Source: Mobula hypostoma
Lineage: Eukaryota
Assembly (NCBI RefSeq): GCF_963921235.1
Contig: NC_086097.1
Span: 172,734,001-172,798,000 of the forward strand
Reading direction: 5' to 3'
DNA length: 64,000 bases
Under the pieces are notes generated by a model that was not told the origin of the DNA, did not search any database, and was given only the letters and a program-made list of their open reading frames with translations. Below are positions 37,634 through 48,854 of this stretch, piece by piece. Position 1 is the first letter of the stretch; every line of letters starts with the position of its first letter. Both the position numbers and the translations under genes were made by a program.

Positions 37634-37955
37634 TGTTGAATTAGATTATATAATTTTTTTTTCTGTGCAGTTTAACATTCAACTGCCTGCTTATATTTTA
37701 TAAAATTAGCTATGTACGTGTTTTCCGAGTGGTCATAGCGTATATATGCAATTATTCAGTGGTTGTAGTTCTTTGTGTTATTCTGGAAAGTTCTGGAAGC
37801 TTCTCTGGTGTTCCATTAATTCATTGGGGACCATCTGATTGGTTTCCAATTCCTTTGTTCTATTAGCACTTAATAAAACAATCGTGAAGCAGTAAGTTTT
37901 ATGCCTCTTTTTGATTTCCAAAAGAATCTTGGATTAAAAATATCAAAATCCAGCA
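37634..37955 (+). repeat. ERV 5' LTR
   Basis: Aligns to 43544-43963 (shared TTTTCTGTGCAG, CAGTGGTTG.AGTTCTTTGT, CTTCTCTGGT, CTGATTGG, AATAAAACAATC), with TG...CA ends. Confidence 0.8.
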
Positions 37956-37957
37956 AC

Positions 37958-37977
37958 TCAGCATAGACAGCGAGGAT
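37958..37977 (+). promoter_or_regulatory. Decayed primer-binding site resembling the tRNA-Ser complement
   Basis: CAGCATAGACAGCGAGGAT versus TGGCGTAGTCGGCAGGAT, immediately after the LTR CA; several mismatches. Confidence 0.5.
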
Positions 37978-39555
37978 AGCTGTGAAGATTTAAGAACTTG
38001 GAATAATCACAGATGAAGTGAAAATTTTTAGCATACAAACAAAAGTGGCACGAGCTTCTATTCCAAGTTGTCTGAGAATCAACTAGTTCTGGCTTTAATA
38101 CATCTTTGGATGGAAGTAGGAATCAAAACTGCTATGTTACTATTTTGAAAAATGCATCTGTAAAAATTAAATACGTTCAAGCTGATGGAGTAAGAAAATA
38201 ATTAAATACGGTGGGGTACAATATGTATAAGCTGGTGGAGTGAGAAGAAAAATTTCCATTTGTAATTTAGTGCTTAAAAAACATCTAGATTGTGATTGAG
38301 TGAAGTGAGAGAAGTTTCCAAGCAGAAAGAAAAAAAGTAAGATTTCTGCTGCAGTCCTGAAGTAATTTAGACACTATCCTTCAATGCTTCAGTTGTGATC
38401 TAATAATATTTCGAGGTTGCGGTCAAAGTAATAAACAATATGCACAAATTAAATGATACACAAGATTGAATTAAAACAATGGTCAAAGTCATGAAACTGA
38501 GCTCTTACCTGAATATAACATCTAAGTTTAATGAGATTAATGAAAAAATCCAGCTGAAAAGTACTAATAATGTTAAGTTTATTAAGGAAGCATGTGACAA
38601 GATCCAGACAATGCCTGAGGGAAAGGAAAATTCTGGAAAGTATGAGTTGATGCTAAGACACACAGTTGGTTTAATGGAACTTGTGAGTTAACTGAGCAAA
38701 TGAAAAGTTAACAGAGCAAGTAAAGGCATTTACTAATCGATTGGGAAAGAAACGTGAAACATGATAAACTTGAAGTGCATTATTTGGAGCTTCAAAGCTA
38801 TCTGAAACATTATCAAAAAGCAAAGCAGGGATTTCACGGGGGTGGTCCTGCCAGTGACATTTCCAGTGATGATGCTCGTGACACTTCCAGTGAAACGCCT
38901 CCTTGGGAAACACTCCCTCTGTTGAACATTCCCCGAGACAGCGCCACTATCCAAATTCTGTGGAATTACAGCCTACATCGGACAGTCTACCTAAACAGCG
39001 CCACCATCTAAACTCCAAGGAATTACAGCCTGGACATGACACGGCTTCTACAGTGGCCCCTCCAAAATTATCCAGAGGTTAATATTGGCAGCTATGTCAC
39101 AGCATGCTCCAATAAAGACCAAGGGAGTGAAAAGAAGCAGCCCTGAAGATGAACCATTGCAAATCAATGTATTAACAAGCTAACCCCTCTAATGGTACAT
39201 CAATCAACTATTGGCCAACCACACAACAATCTGCTGAAAGGTAGTGCTGAGACAACCCTGTGACTCTTAATGAAGAACAGCTGGAAGTGTTTCAGACTTT
39301 AAAGATGACAGTGTTTATTGCATCTGCTTTAAGAATCTCCGATACAGGTTAACCATTTACCCTGTATGTCAATGAGAAACACATGATGAACATGGTGACT
39401 GACTGTGTCCTGTTGGTTATCACTCTGCCAAAGATCTGAAGGATTCTCAAAGATTTAGGGAAACTTGAATGGCTTGATGGGCCATTGTTTCTGAAACTGA
39501 AGTGCTGGCTTCAAGAAGACTGGCTCCTGGCACTTCTGCGCAACAGACAAAACTA

Positions 39556-42500
39556 AGACCATAAGATATAGGAGCATAATTAGGCCTTTCAGCCCATGGA
39601 ATCTATTCTGCCATTACATCATGGCTGATTCCGGATCCCATTCAACCTCGTACTCCTGTTGTCTCACCATATCCCTTGATGCCCTGACCAACTTCTGCTT
39701 TGAATACACCCACGGATTTGGCCTCCACTGCAGTCTGTGGCAGAGCATTCCACAGAATCAGCACTCTTTGCTTAAAAAAAAAATTCCTCCTTACTAATGT
39801 TTTTTGAGGGTGTGCCCTCATAGATGAACCAGGAGGTACATCATCTGCTGAAGGCATTTAAGTCTGGTGACCCAGGTCTGCACCAGAAAACCAGGTATGA
39901 TATACAAAAGGCTATTTCAAAGGTGAAGCAACAATTGGAGGCGATAGCAGATGTACGCCCACTCTGGCAAGGTTTGCAAGACATTACTTTCTACAAAGCG
40001 AAACCCAATAGCATGAATGGCAGCGATGCTTCACTACCAGATGAAATCAATGCCTTCTATGCCCGCTTTGAAAGGGAGAATACAACTACAGCTGTGAAGA
40101 TCCCTGCTGCGCTCAGTGACCCTGTGATCTCCGTCAGAGGCCAAATGTTAGACTGTCTTTAAAGACAACAAACCCTCGCAAGACGGAAGGTCCCAATGGA
40201 GTACCTGGTAAGGCTCTGTAAACTTGTGCCAACCAACTGCCGGGAGTATCCAAGGACATTTTCAACCTTTCACTGCTACGGACAGAAGTTCCCACTTGCT
40301 TCAAAAAGGCAACAATTATGTGAGCTGCCTTATGTGAGAAGAATAATGTGAGCTGCCTTAATGACTATCGCCCGGTAGCACTCACATCTACAGTGATGAA
40401 ATGCTTTGAGAGGTTGGTCATGACTAGACTGAACTCCTACCTCAGCAAGGACCTGGACCTATTGCAATTTGCCTATCGCCACAGTAGGTCAATGGCAGAT
40501 GCAATCTCAATGGCTCTTCACCTGGACAATACAAATACCTATGTCAGGATGCTGTTCATCGACTATAGCTCAGCATTTAACACCATCGTTCCCACAATCC
40601 TGATTGAGAAGTTACAGAACCTGGGCCTCTGTACCTCCCTCTGCAATTGGATCCTTGACATCCTAACCAGAAGACTACAATCTGTGTGGATTGGTGATAA
40701 TATCTCCTCTGACAATCAACATTGGTGCACCTCGAGGGTGTGTGCTTAGCCCACTGCTCTACTCTCTCTATATCCATGACTTGTGGCTAGGCATAGCTCA
40801 AATACCATCTATAAATTTGCTGATGAAAATTTTTGGTAGAATCTCAGACGAAGACGAGAGGGCGTACAAAAGCGAGATATGCCAACTAGTGGAGTGGTGT
40901 TGCAGCAACAACCTTGCATTCAACATCAGTAAGATGAAAGAGCTAATTGTGGACTTCAGGAAGGGTGGAATGAAGGAACACATACCAATCCTCATAGAGG
41001 GATCAGATGTGGAGAGTGTGCGCAGTTTCAAGTTCCTGGATGTCAAGATCTCTGAGGACCTAACCTGGTCCTAAAATATCGATGCAGTTATAAAGAAGGC
41101 AAGACAGCGACTATACTTCATTAGGAGTTTGAAGAGATTTTGTATGTCAACAAATATACTCAAAAAAACTTCTATAGCTGTACCATGGAGAGCATTCTGA
41201 CAGGCTACATCACTGTCTGGTATGGGGTGGCTACTGCACAGGACCGAAAGAAGCTGCAGAGGGTTGTAAATTTAGTCGGCTCCATCTTAGGTACTAGCCT
41301 ACAAAGTACCCAGGACATCTTCAAGGAGCGGTGTCTCAGAAAGACAGCGTCCATTATTAAGGACCTCCAGTACCCAGGGCATGCCCTTTTCTCACTGTTA
41401 CCATCAGGTAGGAGGTACAGAAGCCTGAAGGCACACACTTAATGATTCAGGAACAGCTTCTTCCCCTCTGCCATCCGATTCCTAAGTGGACACTGAACCC
41501 ATGAATACTACCTCACTTTTTAATATACAATTATTTCTGTTTTTTTGCACAATTTTAATCTATTCAGTATATTATACTATAAATTGATTTACTTATTTTT
41601 TTTATATCGTGTATTGCATTGAACTGCTGCTGCTAAATTAACAAATTTCACGACACATGCCGGTGATAATAAATCTGATTCTGATTAGTTCTGGATACCC
41701 CCACCAGAGGAAACATCCTCTCCACATCCACCCTATATAGTCCTTTCAATATTCAGTAGGTTTCAATGAGATCCCCATGCATTCTTCTAAATTCCAGCAT
41801 GTACAGGCCCAAAACTGCCTAATGCCCCTCATATGTTGACCCCTTCATTCGTGGAATAATCCTCATGAACCTTTTCTGGACCCTCCAATGTCAATACACC
41901 CTTTCTGAGATAAGGGGCCAAAAACTGTTGACGATACTCCCAAGTATGGCCTGGTTAGTGTTTTATGACACTTTAGCATTATCTCCTTGTTTATATATTC
42001 TATTCCACTTGAAATAAATGCCAACACTGCATTTGCCTTCATTACCACAGACTCAACCTGTGAATTAACCTTCCGGGAGTCCTGCCTGTCAGCCATTCCT
42101 GTATCCATGCTAGTATATTTCCTGTAACACCATGGAATTTTATTTTGTCAAGTAGCCTCATGTGAGGCACCTCATCAAATGCATTCTAAAAATCTAAGAA
42201 AATGACATCCACTGCCTCACTTTTGTCCACCTTGCTTGTTACTTCCTCAAAGAATTCTAACACATTTGACAGGCAAGATTCCCCTTTACAGAAATCATGC
42301 TGACTTTGACTTATTTTATCCTTAGTCTCCAAGTACCCCGAAACCTCGTCCTTAAAATTGAACTCCAATACTTTCCCCACCACTGACGTTCGGCTAACTG
42401 GCCTATAATTTCTTCTTCCTTTCTTAAAGAGTGGAGTGACATTTGCAATTTTCAGTCCTCTGGGACTATGCCAGAATCAAGCGATGATTGAAAGATCGTA

Positions 42501-43020
42501 TCATTTAACTCTTCAGCAACCTCTTTCAGGTCTCTGGGATGTACCCCATCTGGTCCAGGTGACTTATCCACCTTAAGACCTTTCAATTTGCCTAGCACTT
42601 TTTCCTTTGTAATAGCAAAGGAACTAACTCCTGCTCCCTGACACTCACGGACCTCTGGCATGCAGCCAGTGTCTTCCCCAGTAAAGACTAAAGCAAAGTA
42701 CTTATTAAGTTCATCTGTCATTTCTTTGTCCCCCATTACTACCTCAACAGCATCTTTTTCCGGTGGTCCAATATCAACTCTCACCTCCCTTTTATTCTTT
42801 ATATAAGCAAAAAAACCTTTAGTATCCCGTTTATAATATCGGTTAGTTTGCCCTCATATTTCATCTTTTCCCTTATAGTTTTTTTAGATGCCTTTTGTTG
42901 GATGTTCTGATCATCCAACCTCCCACTTACTTTTGCTACCTATATGCCCTTTCCTTGGCTTTTATGCAGTCCTCAACTTCCTTTGTCAGCTGCGGTTGCC
43001 TACCCCTGCCATTTGAGAAT
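39556..43020 (-). mobile_element. CR1-type LINE ORF2 remnant inserted in the ERV and split by a Rex1 LINE
   Basis: LNKYFALVFT, KSPGPDGVHPRDLKE and SQHDFCKGESCLSN (41690-43020), with the 3' end RNFF..RVLILWNALPQ (39556-39820). Confidence 0.88.
39821..41687 (+). mobile_element. Rex1/Babar LINE RT-to-3' end
   Basis: [55 protein letters not shown] and LLPSGRRYRSL motifs; AATAAATCTGATTCTGATT tail. Confidence 0.93.
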
Positions 43021-43091
43021 CAAGAATGACCAACTGCTACAAGAACTCAAAAATGACATACAACTGCTGTCAGAAGTTGCTGTATTAGAAT

Positions 43092-43478
43092 GTAGAAGTT
43101 GGCGTCTTGGACCTCCGGAAAGTGAGCCACAGCAGGAGTGATTGATAGGTTTTTGACCTAAGGTAGAAGGAGATGAGTTATACAGCTCTCGTTACATGCA
43201 CGTGCAGTTCAACTCTTTGAGTGATTATGCAGAAAATTTGAAGTTAATAACTCATCTCCTTCTACCTTAGGCCACGAACTTATCAACCACCCCTGCTGTG
43301 GACCACTTACTGGAGGTCCAAGACGCCGACTTCTACAAAGAAGGGATCCGTATGCTCCACGACCGCTGGACTAAGTGTGTAAATGTAGGAGGGGACTATG
43401 TTGAAAATTAAATGTGCTAGGTTTTCTAAAATTGACTCCTTCTACCTTAGGCCACAAACTTATTAATCACCCCGCATA
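43092..43478 (+). mobile_element. Mariner-derived non-autonomous fold-back element
   Basis: Transposase C-terminus DADFYKEGIRMLHDRWTKCVNVGGDYVE (43320-43406). The TIR motif CCTTCTACCTTAGGCCAC occurs twice on + and once, diverged, on -. Confidence 0.82.
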
Positions 43479-43543
43479 TTTCTGCCTCTGAATTTTCAGA
43501 TGTAATGATTCTAAATATATGATTTAGGATCAAAGGGGTGGAT

Positions 43544-43963
43544 TGTGGGATTAGGCTGCAAAATTATTATTTTCTGTGCAGCTTAAAATTAATTACCTGT
43601 TTGCATTTTATATAACTACCTGTGTACATGAAACTAGTGGTCACAGTATATATATGCTGTTGCTCCATGTGTCCTCCAGTGGTTGCAGTTCTTTGTATCA
43701 TTCCAGAAAGTTCAGGAAACTTCTCTGGTATTGCATTATTTGAATAGGGGCTGTCTGATTGGATTGCTTCTTCTCTGTGGTATGGTCTAAAAAGAGCTAA
43801 AAAAAAAATGCCCTGCCATCTTTTTTAGTCCTTTCTGTTCATTGTTCTTAGCTGCTAGACCTTGGCCAACTCTCTGTTACCAATTCCTATGTTCTAATAA
43901 AACAATCATGAACCACCAAATGTTATGCCTCTTTCTTTGGATTATAAACATCAGAATCCAACA
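43544..43963 (+). repeat. ERV 3' LTR
   Basis: Preceded by a purine tract; direct repeat of 37634-37955; contains CCAAT (ATTGG) and AATAAA. Confidence 0.8.
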
Positions 43964-45822
43964 GTTTCAATCTGAAACAACAACAGTTCCTTTCTCCCCC
44001 ACAGGTGCTGTTCAACATGCTCAGTTCTTCCAGTAGATTGTTTGTTGCGTAGATACTAATGAAGCAGAATCTGGTTTATTATCACTAACATATGTCGTGA
44101 GATAGCTGCTGGCATGCCTTCTTTGTGGTTGCGTCAATATGGTGAGCCCAAGATAGATGCTTTATGTTGTTGATACCTAGGAACTTGAAGTTGCTCATGC
44201 TTTCCATTCTGGCGTCTCAATGAGGATTGGTGTATGTTCTTCCAACTTACTGAAGTTCACAATCAAGTGTGAGGTTGTTGTGACACCACTCTACCAGTCA
44301 GCCAATCTATCTCTCTCATGTATGCCTCTTTGTTTTGGAGAAGAAATTATATTGATTTAATATTAAAAGCTCATAAAGATCTATTCCCAATTATTGAGCA
44401 ATCTATAACTCGGGGGCAGAATGTAAAAATACAGGGTGAAGTTGGCACAAGGGCTAACTTTAGGGAATCTTGAATACCTATAACATTGAAATTTAGGGAA
44501 AGCCTGGTTATTGCCCTAAAACGGGCTCACTAGCAAACAGAGGAAGTGCAATACAATCTCAACAACACCAACAGCCAACTTCAGGGAGAACAGCCTAACT
44601 GTTCAGTGCTGTAGTTGGCAGCAAACCAGGCCAGACAGACAGGCTTGCTGTGTTTAATTTCTCATGTATTATTTATTTTCTTCAAAGAAAAATGTTTCAA
44701 TATAACAGCAGCTGTGCATTTGAAAAACCCTGAGCTGTTTCTTCTCCTTTTCAAAATAATTTTGGAAACAAGTTTATTTTACCTTGTAATATCTTTGACC
44801 TTTGTTCCTGCATATTTCTACAGAAGAACACAAGACAATAGGAGCAGGAGTGGGCCACCAGGACCCTCGGGCCTGCCCTGGCAATATGATCATGACTCAT
44901 CTAGGCCGGTCTCAGTTCCCCTTCCTGCCAGTTCCACATCCCCCTCAATCCTGGATTTTTGTGATGTTTACCTATCCTCATGTTGAATATATCCAATGAT
45001 CTGGCCTCCACCTTTATTGTGTGCAAAGGGTTCCAGGCCAGGAAAGCTCATCAGCCTCTACTTCCTTAGGAGGCTACAGAAAACTTAGCATGTCCCCTTT
45101 GACCCTTGCCGATTTTATCAATATATCAGAAAAAGCATCCTATCTGTATGCATCATGGATTGATATGGCAACTGCTCTGCACGTGACTGCAAGAATCTGT
45201 ATAGTTGTGGAAGCAGCTCAGCACATCACATAAACCTGCCTTCCCTCCATGCAGAGATTCAGTACCTCAGTTTTAGATGACTGCTCCTTTATTTCTTAAG
45301 CATTGCCCTATTGTTCATGGCTCTCCCACTGTTGGAAATATCTCAACATCTCCCTTGTCAAGCTCCCTTGAGATCCTATGTATATGACTAAGTTTCCCCT
45401 TCATTCCTCTAAACTCCATGGAATATAGAGCCCAATGTTTGAGCCTCTCTTGATAGGACAACCTTTCCATCCCGTAAATTAGCTGGTGATGAATGGTGTG
45501 TATATGGTGGGGTTGATATATGGAACAAGCTACTAGATGCCAAATACAACTCTTGAAAAACATTTAGGCGGATATGTAGATTGCAAATGTTTACCACACA
45601 GAAAAATGGGATTCTCGGTTAGGCACCATGATCAGCATACGCGAGCTGGGCCTAGGGGCCTGGTTCCATGCTACCTAACTAACTCCCTGACTCTCTTCTT
45701 CGACTGCACAGAGCACAGGACTCCACACATTTCTGATCAGAAGCAGAATCTTTTGCAGAAATAATTAAAACAGAATCAGCAGTCTTCTGATGTTGGAAGT
45801 CAGTATTAAAAACTCAGCAGAT

Positions 45823-45835
45823 CAGGAAATGTGGT
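45823..45835 (+). promoter_or_regulatory. ETS-RUNX-like composite motif in non-repetitive DNA
   Basis: CAGGAAATGTGGT, ~490 bp upstream of the candidate leader ATG; motif match only. Confidence 0.3.
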
Positions 45836-46315
45836 AATGAGGGAGAAAGTTTGTTTCATCAGAGCTGGAAGCTGTTTGACAGAAAGAAATTTAGAAGGAT
45901 ACATACACAAGCACAAACACAAATACACACAGTCAGGAAAAGATATGTGCGCGCATACACTCACTCAGTCACTCTCTGTCTCTCTCTGTTAGATCTAACA
46001 GAGGCAAAGCCTCCACAGATACATGATTCCCCAGCATTCTTAACCAAGGAATGGACAATGTTACATTCTTGTGCCCTCCTTAAAACTTAACAGTGACCTT
46101 ACAGACAGACCAGCTCCCTCTTCAAGAGCAATGAGCTCATTGTCTAAATTTAAGCTGGATTTGCAGCTGTTGTTTCAAGCAGCCAAACAAAAGAACAGAT
46201 CATTGACGTTTTGATCCATTGTTAGTCTTTCAGTGCAAGTTCAATGTAGAGTAAGCTGATCATGAAACTTTTAGGAAACAATGTCTTTTGTGCGTTTTCT
46301 TGTTGTTGAATCATC

Positions 46316-46376
46316 ATGGAAATGATCTCTGCTTGTTTGCTTTTGCTGGTCTATATCACTTCTCAACTATACTCTG
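46316..46376 (+). CDS. Candidate signal-peptide (leader) exon of an unidentified secreted or membrane protein
   Basis: ATC-ATG-G Kozak context; MEMISACLLLLVYITSQLYS(G) hydrophobic leader; 61 nt ending in phase 1 at G|GTCAGC; lies in unique sequence. No downstream exon identified. Confidence 0.45.
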
Positions 46377-46465
46377 GTCAGCTCTATGCTTATGTGTTCA
46401 TTTTATATTTGAATCACATCCTCATTGTGTTGGTTGATCCCATGTCAGAAGAGAGCTCTCCCTAT

Positions 46466-46862
46466 GGGTGCCCCAGTGGTGCAGCTGGTAGAGCCGCTGC
46501 CTTACAGTGCCAGAGACCCGGTTTGATCCTGACCTCCAGTACTGTCTGTGTGGAGTCTGTATGTTCTCCCTGTGACACCCGAGTTCCCATCAGGGGCTCT
46601 GGTTTCCACCTTCAAAGACTAGTGGTTTGGTGGGTTAATTGGCTGCTGTGAATTACCTCCAGTATGTTAAAAAGCTGTGATATGTGAGGTGGGTGTGGGG
46701 AAAATTGACAAAATGGGTCTGTGTTGGATTAATGTAAATTGGTGGTTAATGGTTGGCACAGACTCGATGTCTGCACATTAAAACAGACAATTTTAATGGA
46801 CATTGGTTAATGATTGGCACAAACTCCGTGGGCCAAAGGCCGGTTTCTATGCTGTATCTCTG
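46466..46862 (+). mobile_element. tRNA-derived V-SINE/HE1-like SINE
   Basis: A box TGGTGCAGCTGG, B box GGTTTGATCC, core TGTGTGGAGT.TGTATGTTCTCCC, and a CR1-like tail GGGCCAAAGGCCGGTTTCTATGCTGTA. Related copies at ~15230-15390(-), 15940-16110(-), 18330-18575(-), 47295-48845(+, split by hAT) and 55467-55760(+). Confidence 0.8.
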
Positions 46863-47570
46863 ATGATTCTCTGGCTAGTTTCTGGAGGCGGGGGGTTCAG
46901 CTATTCTCCATTCTGTTGACTCATCCTAACCATCTAGATTGACGCTTGCTTAATATGATACTTGCTATTTGGGTATACAAATAATTTATTAAGGACAGGA
47001 AAATTGATGAGTAGAAAGAAGAGAGGGAAAGATTTGAATGAAAAGCAAAGCAAGAGTAATTAAATGACACAGGTGATAACTTAAAAGGACACAGCTCTCT
47101 TCCCCTCTGCCATCGTATTCCTGAACAGTCCATGAACAATATCTTATTTGTTTTTTTGCCCTTGTCTATTAATTTTTGTAATTTATAGTAATTTCTGTGA
47201 CTTTGCACTGCATTGCAAAGCAATAAATTTCACAGTGTATGTCAGGAATAATAAACGTGGTCCTGGTTTGGACTCTCCTTGTCAATGTCCTGAGCAGTGA
47301 GCAGTACAGTGGTATTGCTAGCACAACCACTGCCTCACCTCTCCAGTAACACAGGCATCGAGTATTCTCCCAGATGAAGCTTACACATTCTGGAAAACGT
47401 GGATTTCCCCAAGATTTCTCCCATATCTCTAAGACCAATGAGTAGAGAAAGTGAGTTAATTAGCCATTGTTGCATACTCAGTATGTGGGTGGTGGTAAAA
47501 CCTGGGGTCTGTTGATGGGAATATAGGGAGAACAAAATAGAATTAGTGTAAATGCCTGCTTAACTTAAAG

Positions 47571-48783
47571 CAGCGATCCCCAACCACCGGGCCGCGGACC
47601 AGTACCGGGCCGCAGAGCATGCGCTACTGGGCCGCGAGGAAACGATATGATTTGGCGATAGGAGTCAGCTGCACCTTTCCTCATTCCCTGTCATGCCCAC
47701 TGTTGAGCCATTACGCATGCGAGGTCATTACCTGCGCGTTATCCATTTCAGCACAGGAAGAAGATCAACTCCTCGAGCTTGCAAATGACGGCGGGCTGAA
47801 GCACACAACGTCTGACACAACGTCTCTGCCGGCATTCCGGGTCAAAGTCAAGGCTGAATATCCTGAGATAGCCACGGAAGCAGTGAAAACGTTGCTTCCA
47901 TTTCCAACGTATCTCTGCAATGAATGCAATGAGAACTGAATTGCGGAATAGATTGGACATAAGGAACCCCCTTCGAGTATCGCTGTCTCTCGTCGCCCTT
48001 CGATAGCACCGTCTTGTTGCAGGAAAACAATCCCAGGGCTCCCACTGATTCAGCGATATTGGTGTGTTGCAATGATTTTATATGTTCATACGGGGAAAAT
48101 ATGTGCTGCATGTTTAATATCCAAACGATACTTAAAATGTTATGATGCTATTGACTTATATAACTATATAACAATTACAGCACGGAAACAGGCCATCTCT
48201 GCCCTTCTAGTCCGTGCTGAACACTACTCTCACCTAGTCCCGCTGACCTGCACTCAACACATAACCCTCCATTCCTTTCCTGTCCATACACCTATCCAAT
48301 TTTTCTTTAAATGATAATATCGAACCTGCCTCTACCACTTCTACTGGAAGTTCGTTCAACACTTACTTCAAGCTCCCCTGTCCTCCCCTGATAACTGACT
48401 TATCACTATATTCATGCGAGGAAAATATGCGCTGTGTGTTTAATATTAAATTCGTTAGATAAACCCTTTTAGAAACGAAATTGAGTGTATTAGCTAATTA
48501 TCACCTGTATTCCGGTCGTGATTAACACCCCCCACCCCCCCGGAAAAGAATTGCCAAAAACGATTTGTGGAAAAAAAAATCGTACACGCTTGCGCAAGTT
48601 ACGCATGCACACTGGTGCCCGCACAAGGCTTCATGGTCATTGTGGTCTTTCTCGGGGTAAACCCAGTGTATCTGACTGCTACTCTTGTCAGTTGGCAACA
48701 CCCCCCCCCCCCAGGTCGGCCGGTCCGCAAGAATATTATCAATATGAAACCGGTCCGCAGTGCGAAAAAGGTTGGGGACCCCG
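47571..48783 (+). mobile_element. Non-autonomous hAT/Charlie-type DNA transposon
   Basis: TIRs CAGCGATCCCCAACC and GGTTGGGGACCCCG; perfect 8-bp TSD ACTTAAAG (47563-47570, 48784-48791); hATC remnant EEDQLLELAND...EYPEIATEAVKTLLPFPTYLC. Confidence 0.93.
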
Positions 48784-48854
48784 ACTTAAAGCACTGACTC
48801 ACTGGGCCAAAGGGCTTGTTTCCATGCCTATGCTTTGTGACCCAGTGTTACACA

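Larger units (their letters stand above)
37634..43963 (+). mobile_element. Old endogenous retrovirus provirus (two LTRs, PBS, gag-like and pol remnants, PPT), internally deleted and invaded by LINEs and a mariner
   Basis: Diverged direct repeats TG...ATCCAGCA (37634-37955) and TG...ATCCAACA (43544-43963). Decayed PBS; PPT AAAGGGGTGGA before the 3' LTR. Pol tether motif EQLEVFQTLK..ASALRISDTG*PFTLYVNEK (39270-39380). Flanks GTCT/GTTT. Confidence 0.8.

Noticed and set aside
43290..43410. SETMAR-like gene fragment
   Set aside because: It is a short mariner transposase tail within a TIR-bounded element.
47619..48050. Domesticated SCAND3/ZBED-like gene
   Set aside because: It is only a deleted hATC remnant lying between TIRs and an 8-bp TSD.
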